Shown here: in pieces, positions 23,105 through 33,435 of the stretch | Layout: each line of letters begins with the position of its first letter | How positions within the stretch are numbered: position 1 is the first letter of the stretch | Source of the DNA: an uncultured Aliarcobacter sp. | GTDB lineage: Bacteria > Campylobacterota > Campylobacteria > Campylobacterales > Arcobacteraceae | DNA length: 64,000 nucleotides | Reading direction: 5' to 3' | Assembly (NCBI GenBank): GCA_963677435.1 | Contig: OY781945.1 | Coordinates: 1,024,001-1,088,000, forward strand | Translations under genes and position numbers: made by a program | The notes under the pieces: model-generated | The model's database searches: none | Told to the model about the DNA's origin: nothing | Seen by the model: only the letters and a program-made list of their open reading frames with translations

Positions 23105-24570
23105 TAAAATATATTTTAGGAATATTAATCTTTACAAGCATTCTTTTTGGATGTTCTTTATGTTCTATGACAACTCCTAAAACTCATGTTGATACTCAAA
23201 TTAAAGCAGATAAAGAATATATCAAAACTTTGAGAATTAACTGGACTTTTGCAGATGATTTTACAAAGCAGTTAATGCAGATTTATGATACAAACTTAGA
23301 TGGAAGTTTCAATGAAAAAGAGTTAGTTGTTATTCAAGCATCCTTGGTTGATTATTTAGAACAAAAACATTTTATTACAACTATTTCATATGGTAAGAAT
23401 TTAGATGAAAAACCAAATGATTATGTTGTAAAAGATTATAAAATGAATTATAAAAATTCAACTTTGAGTTTTACATATAATATTGATTTAAACTATAAGA
23501 TTTATGATAAAAATATTTTACAAATAAAAATCGTAGATAATCAAAACTATTTTGATATTGTTTTTAATCCTAAAAAACAGTTAATGAATATACCTTATAA
23601 AATTACAGAAACTTCAAATATAAATGATGTGAGTTTCAAAATAGATGCTCCTTCTTTGCCTGAACAAGAAGATGTACCAAAAGCAGAAGTTCTAATCCCT
23701 GAAATAAAAAAGGTTGAAGAAAAAGTAGAAGCAAAACAAGTTCAAACTCCTGTAAATACTCAAGTTCAAAGTCAAAATATTTTAGAAAAATTTACTCAAA
23801 ATATAAAAAAATATTTAATGGCAATTCAAAAAGGGGAAGATAAATCTGCTTTATTCTTTTTATTAATGGCTTCTTTTTTATATGGAGTAATTCATGCTTT
23901 TGGCCCAGGTCATGGAAAAGCTTTGACATTTTCATATTTTAGCTCTCAAAAAAGTTCAGTTTTACAAGCTGCAATAATTTCCCTTGCAACAGCATTTATT
24001 CATATTCTTGGAGCTTTAGGAATAGTTTTATTTTCAGTTTTTGTTTTACAAAGTGTGCTAAATAGGTTTATGCAAGATTCGGTTTCTTATATTACCAGTT
24101 TTTCTGCTTTGATTATTATGCTACTTGCAGTTTATATTTTATATAGAAAATTGAGTAAAAAGTCATGTGCTTGTTGTTGTAGTGTTGATTTAAAAACTAC
24201 AAATTTCACAGCAGTCTCTTCAAATATGAATTTTGTAAAAGCAGTTTCAAATAAGCCTGTGATTACTCCTATTAGAACTAAAAAACAAGATTTGATTTTT
24301 GTTATAACTGCTGGAATAATCCCATGTCCTGGAACTGTTTTACTTTTTGTTTATGCCTTTTTATTAAAAACATATTTTGCAGTTATTCTTGCAAGTATTA
24401 GTATTAGTTTTGGAATGGCATTTGTGATATTTTTATCTTCATTTTTAGGAGTTTCTTTAAATAAAGCCTCACAAAAATCAACAAAATTGGTAAATATATT
24501 AGAAATTGGTTCACCAATTTTTATGTTTGTTTTAGGATTATTGTTATTTTTAAATGCTAATAAATTCTAA
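23101..24570 (+). CDS. DUF1007-like periplasmic domain fused to NicO/RcnA-type metal transporter
   Basis: N-terminal CSLC..H and W-x-F..F..DTNLDG; C-terminal YGVIHAFGPGHGK and GIIPCPG motifs. Confidence 0.75.
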   Translation: MIKYILGILIFTSILFGCSLCSMTTPKTHVDTQIKADKEYIKTLRINWTFADDFTKQLMQIYDTNLDGSFNEKELVVIQASLVDYLEQKHFITTISYGKNLDEKPNDYVVKDYKMNYKNSTLSFTYNIDLNYKIYDKNILQIKIVDNQNYFDIVFNPKKQLMNIPYKITETSNINDVSFKIDAPSLPEQEDVPKAEVLIPEIKKVEEKVEAKQVQTPVNTQVQSQNILEKFTQNIKKYLMAIQKGEDKSALFFLLMASFLYGVIHAFGPGHGKALTFSYFSSQKSSVLQAAIISLATAFIHILGALGIVLFSVFVLQSVLNRFMQDSVSYITSFSALIIMLLAVYILYRKLSKKSCACCCSVDLKTTNFTAVSSNMNFVKAVSNKPVITPIRTKKQDLIFVITAGIIPCPGTVLLFVYAFLLKTYFAVILASISISFGMAFVIFLSSFLGVSLNKASQKSTKLVNILEIGSPIFMFVLGLLLFLNANKF

Positions 24571-24577
24571 TTTTTTA

Positions 24578-25132
24578 TCAAAGCATCTTTATCATGTGAT
24601 GATATTGATGCTTCGATACTTCTAAAATAGTGTTTTTTTGAAATCCAATTTTTTCATATAAAGATAGAGCTTTTAGATTTTGTAAATCAACTAAAAGTGA
24701 AACTTTTTCAAATTCTAACTCTTTAGCTTTTTTTTCAATAAAAGCAAATAACTCTTTTGCTATTCCTTGTCCTTGAAAATTCTCATTAACACTAACTGTA
24801 TCAATATAAAATTCATTTTCAAAACACTCTTTATCAAAAGAGTCTAGGAAAATATTTTTAGATTGTAGATGATTTAAAATTGGCTCATCTAATTTTTTTA
24901 TATCATTTGAATTATAAGCTAGGATTAATCCTACTGTTTGATTTTCTATTTCATAAAGCCAGATATTTTTATAACTTAATCTATTTATATCCATCATTAT
25001 GTATTTATCTAATGTCTCTAAGATTTTTGATTTTTCATCTTCTCCTGTTAAAGTATTTGCAATATTATGAATTGCATCTAAAATTAGAGTTGAAATATTT
25101 GAAATATCATTCTTTTGTGCTTGTTTTATCAT
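24578..25132 (-). CDS. GNAT-family N-acetyltransferase
   Basis: IDTVSVNENFQGQGIA and ALSLYEKIGF motifs. Confidence 0.88.
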   Translation of the reverse strand: MIKQAQKNDISNISTLILDAIHNIANTLTGEDEKSKILETLDKYIMMDINRLSYKNIWLYEIENQTVGLILAYNSNDIKKLDEPILNHLQSKNIFLDSFDKECFENEFYIDTVSVNENFQGQGIAKELFAFIEKKAKELEFEKVSLLVDLQNLKALSLYEKIGFQKNTILEVSKHQYHHMIKML

Positions 25133-25221
25133 TATGCTTCTTTTAAATAAATTTTTGAATTATATCCTATTAAACTAACAGATAATTAATAGATATTCTC
25201 TAAAATGCTCATATTGTAAAA

Positions 25222-25899
25222 TTGGAGAAAACATTGAAAGCAGTAAAAATTTTAGTTTTAGAAAGTAATGATAGTTCAATCTCTCAAATTATTGAAATTT
25301 TAAAAAGTAACGATTTTCATGTGGATATTTGCTGTAATAAGAGTGAATTCTTGGAGTGTATTTATAATAATTTATATGACTTATATTTAATCAATATTAA
25401 TGAAAAATCACTTCCTAGGTTTCAACTAATTCAGCTTTTAAATGAGTATAAAGATATTACTATGAAAATGGTAATAGCTTCAGTTCCAAATATAATCAAG
25501 CCATCTTTTTTATCTGGCTGTGATGAGTGTGTAATTAGAAATATTGATGAAGATGAAATTCTTTTAAGAATAAAAGCTTTAATTAGAAGACAATACAAAG
25601 TTTACACTGATTCTATAAATCTAAAAGAGAATACGAAATATGATATTTTCCATAAAAAAGTATTAAAAAATAAAGATGAAATAATTCTAGGAGATAAAGC
25701 TTTATTGATTTTAGATTATTTATTAAAATTTAGAGGATATTATGTTTCAACACAAAGTTTAGAAAAAGGAGCATATCCTGCAAATAGCAACTCTAAAATG
25801 GGAGTAATTCGTTTTCATATCCATAAAATCAGACAGCTTTTAGGTAATGATATTATAAGTTCAAGCCGAGTAAATGGCTATAAAATAAATATTAAATAA
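25222..25899 (+). CDS. Atypical OmpR-family regulator with pseudo-receiver domain
   Basis: REC-like N-terminus lacking the phospho-Asp; winged-helix C-terminus (RFHIHKIRQLLG...GYKI). Confidence 0.75.
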   Translation: MEKTLKAVKILVLESNDSSISQIIEILKSNDFHVDICCNKSEFLECIYNNLYDLYLININEKSLPRFQLIQLLNEYKDITMKMVIASVPNIIKPSFLSGCDECVIRNIDEDEILLRIKALIRRQYKVYTDSINLKENTKYDIFHKKVLKNKDEIILGDKALLILDYLLKFRGYYVSTQSLEKGAYPANSNSKMGVIRFHIHKIRQLLGNDIISSSRVNGYKINIK

Positions 25900-26006
25900 A
25901 CTTCTTAATCCTCTTAAAATAATAAAAAATTACAAACGAACAATTAACAATGTAGCATTAAAATAGCATCTGCATAAGCAAATAAATATATAGGGAGGAT
26001 TTGGGT

Positions 26007-27401
26007 ATGTTTGATTACCCCATTTTTGAGATGCCTTTTATAGGTCAAAGAATGTTAATGGCAATAAATGCGATTATACATGTTTTTGTATCTCATGGAG
26101 GCGCAGTTGGTGGATCTGTTGTACTTGCAGCAATGGCTTGGTGGGCAAATAAGAAAAACGATATGGCAGCATATAATTTAACATTTAAAGTTGTTATGGT
26201 TTTCTTTATTATTTCTACTTCAGTTGGAGCATTAACAGGTGTTGGTATGTGGATACATGCCAATATTTTAAGTCCAAATGCAATTGGTGGATTGATTCGT
26301 GTGTTTTTTTGGAAATGGTTTATAGAGTGGATTGTATTTAATTTTGAAGTTGTACTTTTACTTTTACTATTTATGAGTTGGAAGAAAAATCAAGTTACAC
26401 CTGAGGGAAGGGCAAAAACTGTAAGAATAGGTGTTTATTATGCTATTTCTTCATGGTTAACTATGGTTATTATTACAGCTATTTTAGCATTTATGCTTAC
26501 TCCAAATTTTGATGGACAACCTTGGGTTGACCCTGAAGTTTACCCTGGGAATGTAAACTACAACAATGCTTTATTTAATCCAACTTGGTGGCCTTCACTT
26601 GCCTTTAGAACATTTACATCAATAGCTTTCGCAGCAGCACTTGCCATTATGTGGACTTGGATCATCGCAACTTTTTCAAAAAATGAAGAAGACAAGGACG
26701 CAAAAGCAAGATTAGTGAAATTTTTAGCTGGAATTATGATGATTACAGTTCCTTTGAGTGCAATCTTTGGTTATTGGTATTACACAGAAATTCCAGCAGC
26801 AGCCCTTGCAATGATACCAACAGCTGTAATGACAAGAGCCTTTGAAGATAGATTTGATTTAATGTATCTTATGGCTATTGGAGTTGGTGGCTCAATTGTT
26901 ATTACAACTATTATTGCTTATTTTTCTCCAAAAAGAATGCCTTATTTAGCAGCTAGTTTAATGGTTGCTGGATTTTTAGTACTTTGGGGATATGAAGAGA
27001 GAGTTAGAGAGTTTATACGAAAACCATTTTTGATTTATAACTATATGTATTCAAATGGAATTAGAACTACAGATGTACCTTATTTAAATAAAGTTGGTAT
27101 TTTAAAACATGCAGTTTTTTTAGATGAAGATAAAAAAGTTGTAAAAGAGGATAAATCAAATATTATTGAAGTAGGGAAGTCAGTTTTTCAAATAGAGTGT
27201 CGTATCTGCCATACTAATAATGGTATCAATGGATTAAAAGGTTTAACATCTGGTTGGTCACATGATGCTATTAGAAATAGGTTAAATAATCTTCCAGGAG
27301 GAGGGACTCCATACATGCCTCCATTTGTTGGAACTGAAGCTGAAAAAGATGCACTTGCAGCTTATATTAAATCTATAAATACTAAAGGAGTTATAAAATG
27401 A
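26007..27401 (+). CDS. Cytochrome bd subunit I (CydA)-like membrane protein fused to C-terminal cytochrome c
   Basis: HVFVSHGGAVGG, IEWIVFNFEV, AFMLTP and ERVREFIRKPF match CydA landmarks; CRICH heme c motif and YMPPF axial Met. Confidence 0.7.
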   Translation: MFDYPIFEMPFIGQRMLMAINAIIHVFVSHGGAVGGSVVLAAMAWWANKKNDMAAYNLTFKVVMVFFIISTSVGALTGVGMWIHANILSPNAIGGLIRVFFWKWFIEWIVFNFEVVLLLLLFMSWKKNQVTPEGRAKTVRIGVYYAISSWLTMVIITAILAFMLTPNFDGQPWVDPEVYPGNVNYNNALFNPTWWPSLAFRTFTSIAFAAALAIMWTWIIATFSKNEEDKDAKARLVKFLAGIMMITVPLSAIFGYWYYTEIPAAALAMIPTAVMTRAFEDRFDLMYLMAIGVGGSIVITTIIAYFSPKRMPYLAASLMVAGFLVLWGYEERVREFIRKPFLIYNYMYSNGIRTTDVPYLNKVGILKHAVFLDEDKKVVKEDKSNIIEVGKSVFQIECRICHTNNGINGLKGLTSGWSHDAIRNRLNNLPGGGTPYMPPFVGTEAEKDALAAYIKSINTKGVIK

Positions 27402-28726
27402 ATTGGAAATTACCGTTTGATATTCCATTAATTACACCAACTTTAGGACTTCCTTTAGAGTTTTTTAGTATTTTAGGAATTATAGTTTTTGTTGTTCATA
27501 TCTGTTTTATTTATATGTTAATTGGAGCATCAACTGCTTCTGTTATTTATAATATTGTTGGAGTATTTAAAAAAGATTCAAACTATGATAAGTTTGCCTA
27601 TAGAATGACAAACTATACAACTGTATCAGAAAATATGGGTGCTTTATGGGGAGTTGCTCCTTTACTTGTAATTTCTGTACTTTTTACTGGATTTTTTTAT
27701 ACAGCAATTTTGAAAGTTAGTCCACATATTTTACATATTATTTATGGAAATATCATTGCCTTTTTACTCTCTTATGCGTATAAATTTTCATGGCATGCTT
27801 TACAAAATCATAAAGGTTTTCATATAGCTATTGGATTATCAGCTGTATTGGCATTTTTTACACTTCCTTTTGTATTTATGTCAATGACAAATCTTTATAT
27901 GCAACCAGAATTATTTGCAACTGTAAATAATATTTGGGACATTATGTTTACACCAGTTACTGGTTTTAGACTTTTAAACTTTTTCCTAACAGCATTTATG
28001 GCAACAGGTGTTGTTTTAATATTTATCGGTGCTAGATGGGTGAAAAAAGGTGATGTTGAAGTGGGAAAAATTGCAATCAGCCAAGGTAAAAAATGGTTCT
28101 TACTTGCAACTCCTTTAAATATCGTAGTAATGCCACTATTGCCATTTGTATTTACAGCTCGAATTAGTGAAGCTTTAATGCATACTGGATTTATATATTT
28201 ACCATTTATCTCTTCAATACTTTTAATTATTGCATTTTTATTTGTATTAAGTAAATTTAATGATGAACTTGTAACTTCACAATCAGCTATAAGAGCCATC
28301 GCTCTTGTATTAGTTTCAATTTTCTTAATGGCAACAACAAGAGAAGGAGTAAGAGTTGTATCTTTTGCTGAACCACTTGCTCTTCAAGCCCAAGCAACTC
28401 AAGAGTTTATGACAGCTTCAATTTCTGAGTATAAAAAATATAAAGAAGAGATGGCTAATAAACCAGTTCTTGATTTAACAAATCCAGTAACTTTGGCTGA
28501 ATCAAAAGGGTGTTTAGCTTGTCATAGTGTGGATATGAAATTAGTTGGACCTTCATATAATGAGGTGTCAAATAAAGAAAGAGACAAAGATGTTTTAATT
28601 CACTCTATTCAATATGGAAGTGCAAATAAATATGATGTTATTCCTATGCCTGCACAAAATGTGTCAGCAGAAGAAGCACAAATACTTGTAGATTGGATTC
28701 TTTCTTTAAAAGATGCTAATAAATGA
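27398..28726 (+). CDS. Second CydA-like polytopic membrane protein fused to class I cytochrome c
   Basis: About 9 TM helices, HICFIYMLIG, WGVAPLL, MATTREGVR; GCLACH...VGPSY...PMP cytochrome c. Confidence 0.65.
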   Translation: MNWKLPFDIPLITPTLGLPLEFFSILGIIVFVVHICFIYMLIGASTASVIYNIVGVFKKDSNYDKFAYRMTNYTTVSENMGALWGVAPLLVISVLFTGFFYTAILKVSPHILHIIYGNIIAFLLSYAYKFSWHALQNHKGFHIAIGLSAVLAFFTLPFVFMSMTNLYMQPELFATVNNIWDIMFTPVTGFRLLNFFLTAFMATGVVLIFIGARWVKKGDVEVGKIAISQGKKWFLLATPLNIVVMPLLPFVFTARISEALMHTGFIYLPFISSILLIIAFLFVLSKFNDELVTSQSAIRAIALVLVSIFLMATTREGVRVVSFAEPLALQAQATQEFMTASISEYKKYKEEMANKPVLDLTNPVTLAESKGCLACHSVDMKLVGPSYNEVSNKERDKDVLIHSIQYGSANKYDVIPMPAQNVSAEEAQILVDWILSLKDANK

Positions 28727-29196
28727 AAATAGTTAAAATTTTTTTTCTATTTGTGATATTAAAAGAGGTGGTTTTTGCCACCTCTTTTTCATTAGAATCA
28801 CTAGAAAAAGGCAAAGTAAATATTGTTGCCTTTGTAACTTCTTGGTGTCCTGTTTGTATTAATACAAATGATTATTTAATTTCTTTAGCTCAAAAAAATA
28901 GTGGAATCTCTGTTTTTTTACTTTTTGTGGATGAAGATATTCCAAGTTCAATAATTCAAACTGCAAATTTAAAACTTAGTTCAATTTCATTTAATGATTC
29001 AAAAGAGTTTGGAGTGACACAAAGTGTTCCTTATATTTTGATTTTCGATAAAAAGAGTGAACTTGTAAAAAAATATCACACATTCAACGAAAATTTGATT
29101 AGTAAACTGATTAATAATCTAAAAAATGACCTATATGAAAATGGAACATTACCACCAGAACAAAGGATAGATTTATGGCAAAAAAACAGATTTTAG
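28723..29196 (+). CDS. Exported thioredoxin-like (TlpA-like) protein
   Basis: Signal-like N-terminus, TSWCPVC, cis-Pro loop SVPY. Confidence 0.75.
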   Translation: MKIVKIFFLFVILKEVVFATSFSLESLEKGKVNIVAFVTSWCPVCINTNDYLISLAQKNSGISVFLLFVDEDIPSSIIQTANLKLSSISFNDSKEFGVTQSVPYILIFDKKSELVKKYHTFNENLISKLINNLKNDLYENGTLPPEQRIDLWQKNRF

Positions 29197-30044
29197 CTCC
29201 AACTTTACTTATCACATTTTTTTTATATGTTTTATCTCCTTGGTTGAGTTTTAATAATGTTCATTTATTGATGTTTAACTTTGAGTTTCACAGATTTGAG
29301 TTTTTATTTATGGCTTTTGAGGCTTCAACTCATCAACTCATTTATATAATTGTTTCTTTATTTATTGGTTTATTATTAGGATTAAACTTAACAATTTCAA
29401 GATTTTTTTGTGGATATTTTTGTCCCTCATCAATAGCCTCTGCTATTGCTTTAAAAATTAAAAATCCATTTGTACTTTTTTTTACAATTTTAAGTTTTGC
29501 TTTTATCTTGGCCTTTTCAACTATTTCATATTTTACATCAGCTGTTGATTTGTTTTTAAATTTCAGTAAATTTGATATGAGTTCGATTTTTGTAGGTATT
29601 CTAACTACAGCATTTACAAGTATTTTTTTACTATTTCGTGCTTGGTATTGCTCAATTTTATGTCCATACTTTTTTGTAAGTGCAATTTTGCCACAAGAAA
29701 AAAAACAAACCTTTGAGTTTTTTGATAAAGATAGTTGTATAAGTTGTGAAAAGTGTGTAAAAATCTGTCCTATTGATGACCTTGATATAAAAGCTGGTTT
29801 TGATATAAGATGTGTTCAGTGTGGACTTTGTGAAGTTGCTTGTGAAAGCATAATGGAAAAGTTTAATAAAACATCTTTGATTATAAAAAAGTTTAAAGAT
29901 AGAAATATTTTTAGAAGTTTTTCCCAAAATGCTTATATTTTGGGAATTATTATTTTTGTGTTGATGTTTCTTTTAGTTTTTTATATTTTAGATAGCTCAT
30001 TTTTAGATAACTGTTATTTTGTAAATAAGAGTCTATATAAATAA
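29175..30044 (+). CDS. Membrane 4Fe-4S protein of the CcoG/FixG/NapH family
   Basis: Two CX3CP motifs (FCGYFCP, YCSILCPY); CISCEKCVKICP and CVQCGLCEVAC ferredoxin motifs. Confidence 0.8.
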   Translation: MAKKQILAPTLLITFFLYVLSPWLSFNNVHLLMFNFEFHRFEFLFMAFEASTHQLIYIIVSLFIGLLLGLNLTISRFFCGYFCPSSIASAIALKIKNPFVLFFTILSFAFILAFSTISYFTSAVDLFLNFSKFDMSSIFVGILTTAFTSIFLLFRAWYCSILCPYFFVSAILPQEKKQTFEFFDKDSCISCEKCVKICPIDDLDIKAGFDIRCVQCGLCEVACESIMEKFNKTSLIIKKFKDRNIFRSFSQNAYILGIIIFVLMFLLVFYILDSSFLDNCYFVNKSLYK

Positions 30045-30210
30045 ATGGTCAAATCCTATTAAACATATGAATTACATTCAGAAAATTAGTAGGAGAAGAC
30101 TGTTTGTAAATAAAAAATTATAATATTTTGTTTAATTTTTTATGACCATTTATGAAATCTTAGTTATAAATTGTTAATTTTTTGTTTGATATATTAAAGA
30201 AGTAATAATG

Positions 30211-31293
30211 TTAAGAGTTTTCAATAATACTCTTAACATCGATTATAATTCCAATACTTCCATCACCTCTTACGGTTGCCCCTGCGACGCTATCTACTTT
30301 TTTAAAGTTTGTTTCGATTGTTTTTAAAACTACTTGTTGTTGTTGTAAAAATTCATCTATAAAAAAGGCTGCTTTTTGTGTTCCTGATTTTACAATTATT
30401 AAAATACCTTGGCTTAACTCTTTTGTTTTTGGAACAATATTTAAATACTCATGTAATCTAATTATTGGAATAAATTCATTTCTTAACATCAATAATGCAG
30501 AACTTCCATCCCCTACAAGTTTTATCATATCTTTGCTTGGTTGAATTGATTCAACAATTGATGAGGTTGGTAAGATAAAAATGTTACTACCAATTTTAAT
30601 ATTTAAACCATCTAAAATAGAGTGGGTTAATGGAACTCTAATAGAAAAAATAAAACCTTCTTCTAAATCAGTTTTAATCTCAATATTTCCATTTAATTTT
30701 TTAACATGCTCTTTTATTTTATGAATATTTTTTAATTGATTGTTTTTTTCAACATCAGAAAAATCATCATCTAAATTTATTTCATCTTTATCTATTCCAA
30801 TTCCATCATCTTCAATACTAATAAAAAATTGACCATTTAATTGTTGAGCTACTATTTTTATAATTGCATCGGCAGTTTTACCTTTATTAGTTCTTTCTTC
30901 TTGAGTCTCTATTCCATATAAAACACTATTTGTAATCAATGTTTTAATAGATGATTCTAAGTGTTCAATTATCGATTTATCTACTTTTGTTTCTCCCCCA
31001 ATAATCTGTAATTTAATTGATTTATTTTCTGGTAAATTTTTTTTAATTAGTTCATTATATATTGAATACATATCTTCAAATTTAATCATTCTAATATCTG
31101 TTGCATAATCTTGAAGTTCAACAATATGTCTTTGAAAAAGAGTAATTTTTTCAAGTAAATTTTTTTTCTCTTCACTACTTGGTAAATTTTCGACACTTTG
31201 TGACATCATAGAATTTGTAATTACTAAATCACCGACTTTGTTTAAAAGTTTTTCTAGTTTTTGTAAATCTACAGTTACATTTGAAGTATTCAT
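30211..31293 (-). CDS. Truncated CheA-like protein (dimerisation, degenerate HATPase and CheW domains; no Hpt or P2)
   Basis: KLEKLLNKVGDLVI, EDDGIG, VPLTHSILDG and QQQVVLK...GATVRGDG. Confidence 0.8.
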   Translation of the reverse strand: MNTSNVTVDLQKLEKLLNKVGDLVITNSMMSQSVENLPSSEEKKNLLEKITLFQRHIVELQDYATDIRMIKFEDMYSIYNELIKKNLPENKSIKLQIIGGETKVDKSIIEHLESSIKTLITNSVLYGIETQEERTNKGKTADAIIKIVAQQLNGQFFISIEDDGIGIDKDEINLDDDFSDVEKNNQLKNIHKIKEHVKKLNGNIEIKTDLEEGFIFSIRVPLTHSILDGLNIKIGSNIFILPTSSIVESIQPSKDMIKLVGDGSSALLMLRNEFIPIIRLHEYLNIVPKTKELSQGILIIVKSGTQKAAFFIDEFLQQQQVVLKTIETNFKKVDSVAGATVRGDGSIGIIIDVKSIIENS

Positions 31294-31532
31294 CTTTTGC
31301 CTTTTTATTTATATCTTTATCAATAAGTAATTTTACACTTTTTTTTTAATAAACTACATTTTCTTTTGAAAATTTTAAAATATATGATAGTTTATACTTT
31401 TTACTGCATCTTCATAAACAATAAATGATTGTATTATATCAATGTGAGTGATTTGAGAGTTAAATATGAGTAATGTGAGGAAAATAAATTAATTATATTT
31501 TCCTCTTTTATAATTTGAAGATTTAATGGATT

Positions 31533-31931
31533 TTAACTTACTTCTTTAAGTCTTAACTCTTTATATAGTTTTTCATGGATTTCTATCTCTTTTTTAGAAG
31601 CTTTTTTTCTGCAGCTTAGATATCCTTTTGTTCCATCAAAACTTTCAAAGGGATAAACAGTTGCATAAACCCAATAATAACCACCATCTTTTGTGGAATT
31701 TTTCACATAACCTGTCCAAATATTACCTCTTCTTACCGTTTCCCACAAATCATTAAATGCAGCTTTTGGCATATCATTATGTCTAACCATATTGTGAGGT
31801 TTTCCAACTAATTCTTCAATACTAAATTGTGCAATTTTACAAAAATCATTATTTGCAAATCTAATTATTCCTTTTTCATCAGTTTCACTTACTAAAAAAG
31901 CATATTCATCTAAAATTGTTTCATTATTCAT
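31533..31931 (-). CDS. Stand-alone PAS (Aer/CetB-like) FAD sensor
   Basis: SETDEKGII, GKPHNMVRHNDMPKAAF and WTGYVKN..DGGYYWV motifs. Confidence 0.85.
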   Translation of the reverse strand: MNNETILDEYAFLVSETDEKGIIRFANNDFCKIAQFSIEELVGKPHNMVRHNDMPKAAFNDLWETVRRGNIWTGYVKNSTKDGGYYWVYATVYPFESFDGTKGYLSCRKKASKKEIEIHEKLYKELRLKEVS

Positions 31932-31948
31932 TTTGTTTTCCTTTCTAA

Positions 31949-33349
31949 TCAAAGTTTTTTATTTTTTGCTCTATTTACTAATTGTTCAGCCATTTCTTGT
32001 GTTTGTGAAGAGATACTTGCTACATTATTTGCTTGATTAGCATTCTCTTGAGTAACTTGATCAAGAAGATTAACCATAGAATTTATCTGTTCAATTCCTT
32101 GCATTTGTTCATTACTAGATTTACTAACATGTTGTATTATTTCTATTGTTTGTGAAATGTTTTTATTAAGTTCTTCATAACCTTTAATCATCATATCACT
32201 TATATTTTTACCACTATTAGCTTTTTGTGTAGCTTTTTGAACAATATCTTTAATTTCTCTAGCTGCATCTGCACTTCTTGAAGCAAGATTTCTCACTTCT
32301 GCTGCAACTACGGCAAAACCTTTTCCTGCTTCTCCTGCAGTTGCTGCTTCAACAGCAGCATTTAAAGATAAAATATTTGTTTGAAATGCAATTTGGTCAA
32401 TAATAATTATTGCTTCGTTTATAGAAGTTACCTCTTGATTTATTTCATCCATAGAGATTGCAGTTTGACTTGCAAGTTTTTGACCATCATTTACAGCATC
32501 TTTTACTATATTCCCAAGCTGAGACATTTCTTGCGCATTTTGTGCAGTATTTCGTGTAATACTTGTAATTTGTTCTAAGGATGCTGCTGTTTGTTCCAAT
32601 GAGGCTGCTTGTTCATTAGCTTTTATGGCTAATGCGTTTACTGATTGAGCCATTGTAATTGAGTTAGAAGCTAGTGTTTGTCCATTTTCTAAATCAATTT
32701 GAGCATTTGAAGATAAGGTTTTTCCTAAAAAATTAAGAGATGTTAAAGCATTTAGCATCTCTCCTTTTAAATTTTTTTTGATATTTAATTGATTTCTGAA
32801 ATCATCTTTTGAATAAGATTCTAATAATTTTGCTAAGTTTGAAATATCTTCATTAACTTCATCTAACATTTTATTTATTGTATTTCTAAGAGTCATAATC
32901 ATAGGATTTTTTGTTTGTGATTTTATTCTTGAACTATAAATTCCTTGTTCCACTCTGTCCATAGTTATTACAATTTCACCAAGAACCTTCATATCATCTT
33001 TTAAAGTGTTATCAAATTCAACTGAAGCACTATTTAATTTCTTGTGAAGTAGAGAAATTTCATCATTTCCATGTATAACTATTGGCAGATATTTATTGTT
33101 TTTAAATGATAGGAAATTTAAAAATTCATCAAAAGAGTTGGAGAATTTTATTAATTCATTTGCAATTGATTGATTAAATAAGAAACCTAATGTTGCCATT
33201 ATTAATCCAAAAATAATATTCAAAATAATGATTAATATTGTATTGTGTGTATTTATTCCTGCAACAGAAATACCTATAAAGCCAAACTGAGATATAAAAA
33301 TAAGAGTTGCTATTTTATTTTTAGTTTTTATGTTATTCAACATTTCCAT
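31949..33349 (-). CDS. Methyl-accepting chemotaxis protein lacking a periplasmic sensor (CetA-like)
   Basis: Two adjacent TM helices followed by MCP signalling domain; directly upstream of the PAS gene. Confidence 0.88.
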   Translation of the reverse strand: MEMLNNIKTKNKIATLIFISQFGFIGISVAGINTHNTILIIILNIIFGLIMATLGFLFNQSIANELIKFSNSFDEFLNFLSFKNNKYLPIVIHGNDEISLLHKKLNSASVEFDNTLKDDMKVLGEIVITMDRVEQGIYSSRIKSQTKNPMIMTLRNTINKMLDEVNEDISNLAKLLESYSKDDFRNQLNIKKNLKGEMLNALTSLNFLGKTLSSNAQIDLENGQTLASNSITMAQSVNALAIKANEQAASLEQTAASLEQITSITRNTAQNAQEMSQLGNIVKDAVNDGQKLASQTAISMDEINQEVTSINEAIIIIDQIAFQTNILSLNAAVEAATAGEAGKGFAVVAAEVRNLASRSADAAREIKDIVQKATQKANSGKNISDMMIKGYEELNKNISQTIEIIQHVSKSSNEQMQGIEQINSMVNLLDQVTQENANQANNVASISSQTQEMAEQLVNRAKNKKL

Positions 33350-33435
33350 TTTATTATCCTTCTTACATAAATCTTTACATTATTGTAAATTATATGCAAG
33401 AAGCTTTCCTTGGGAGAAAAATTATTATTTATAAA

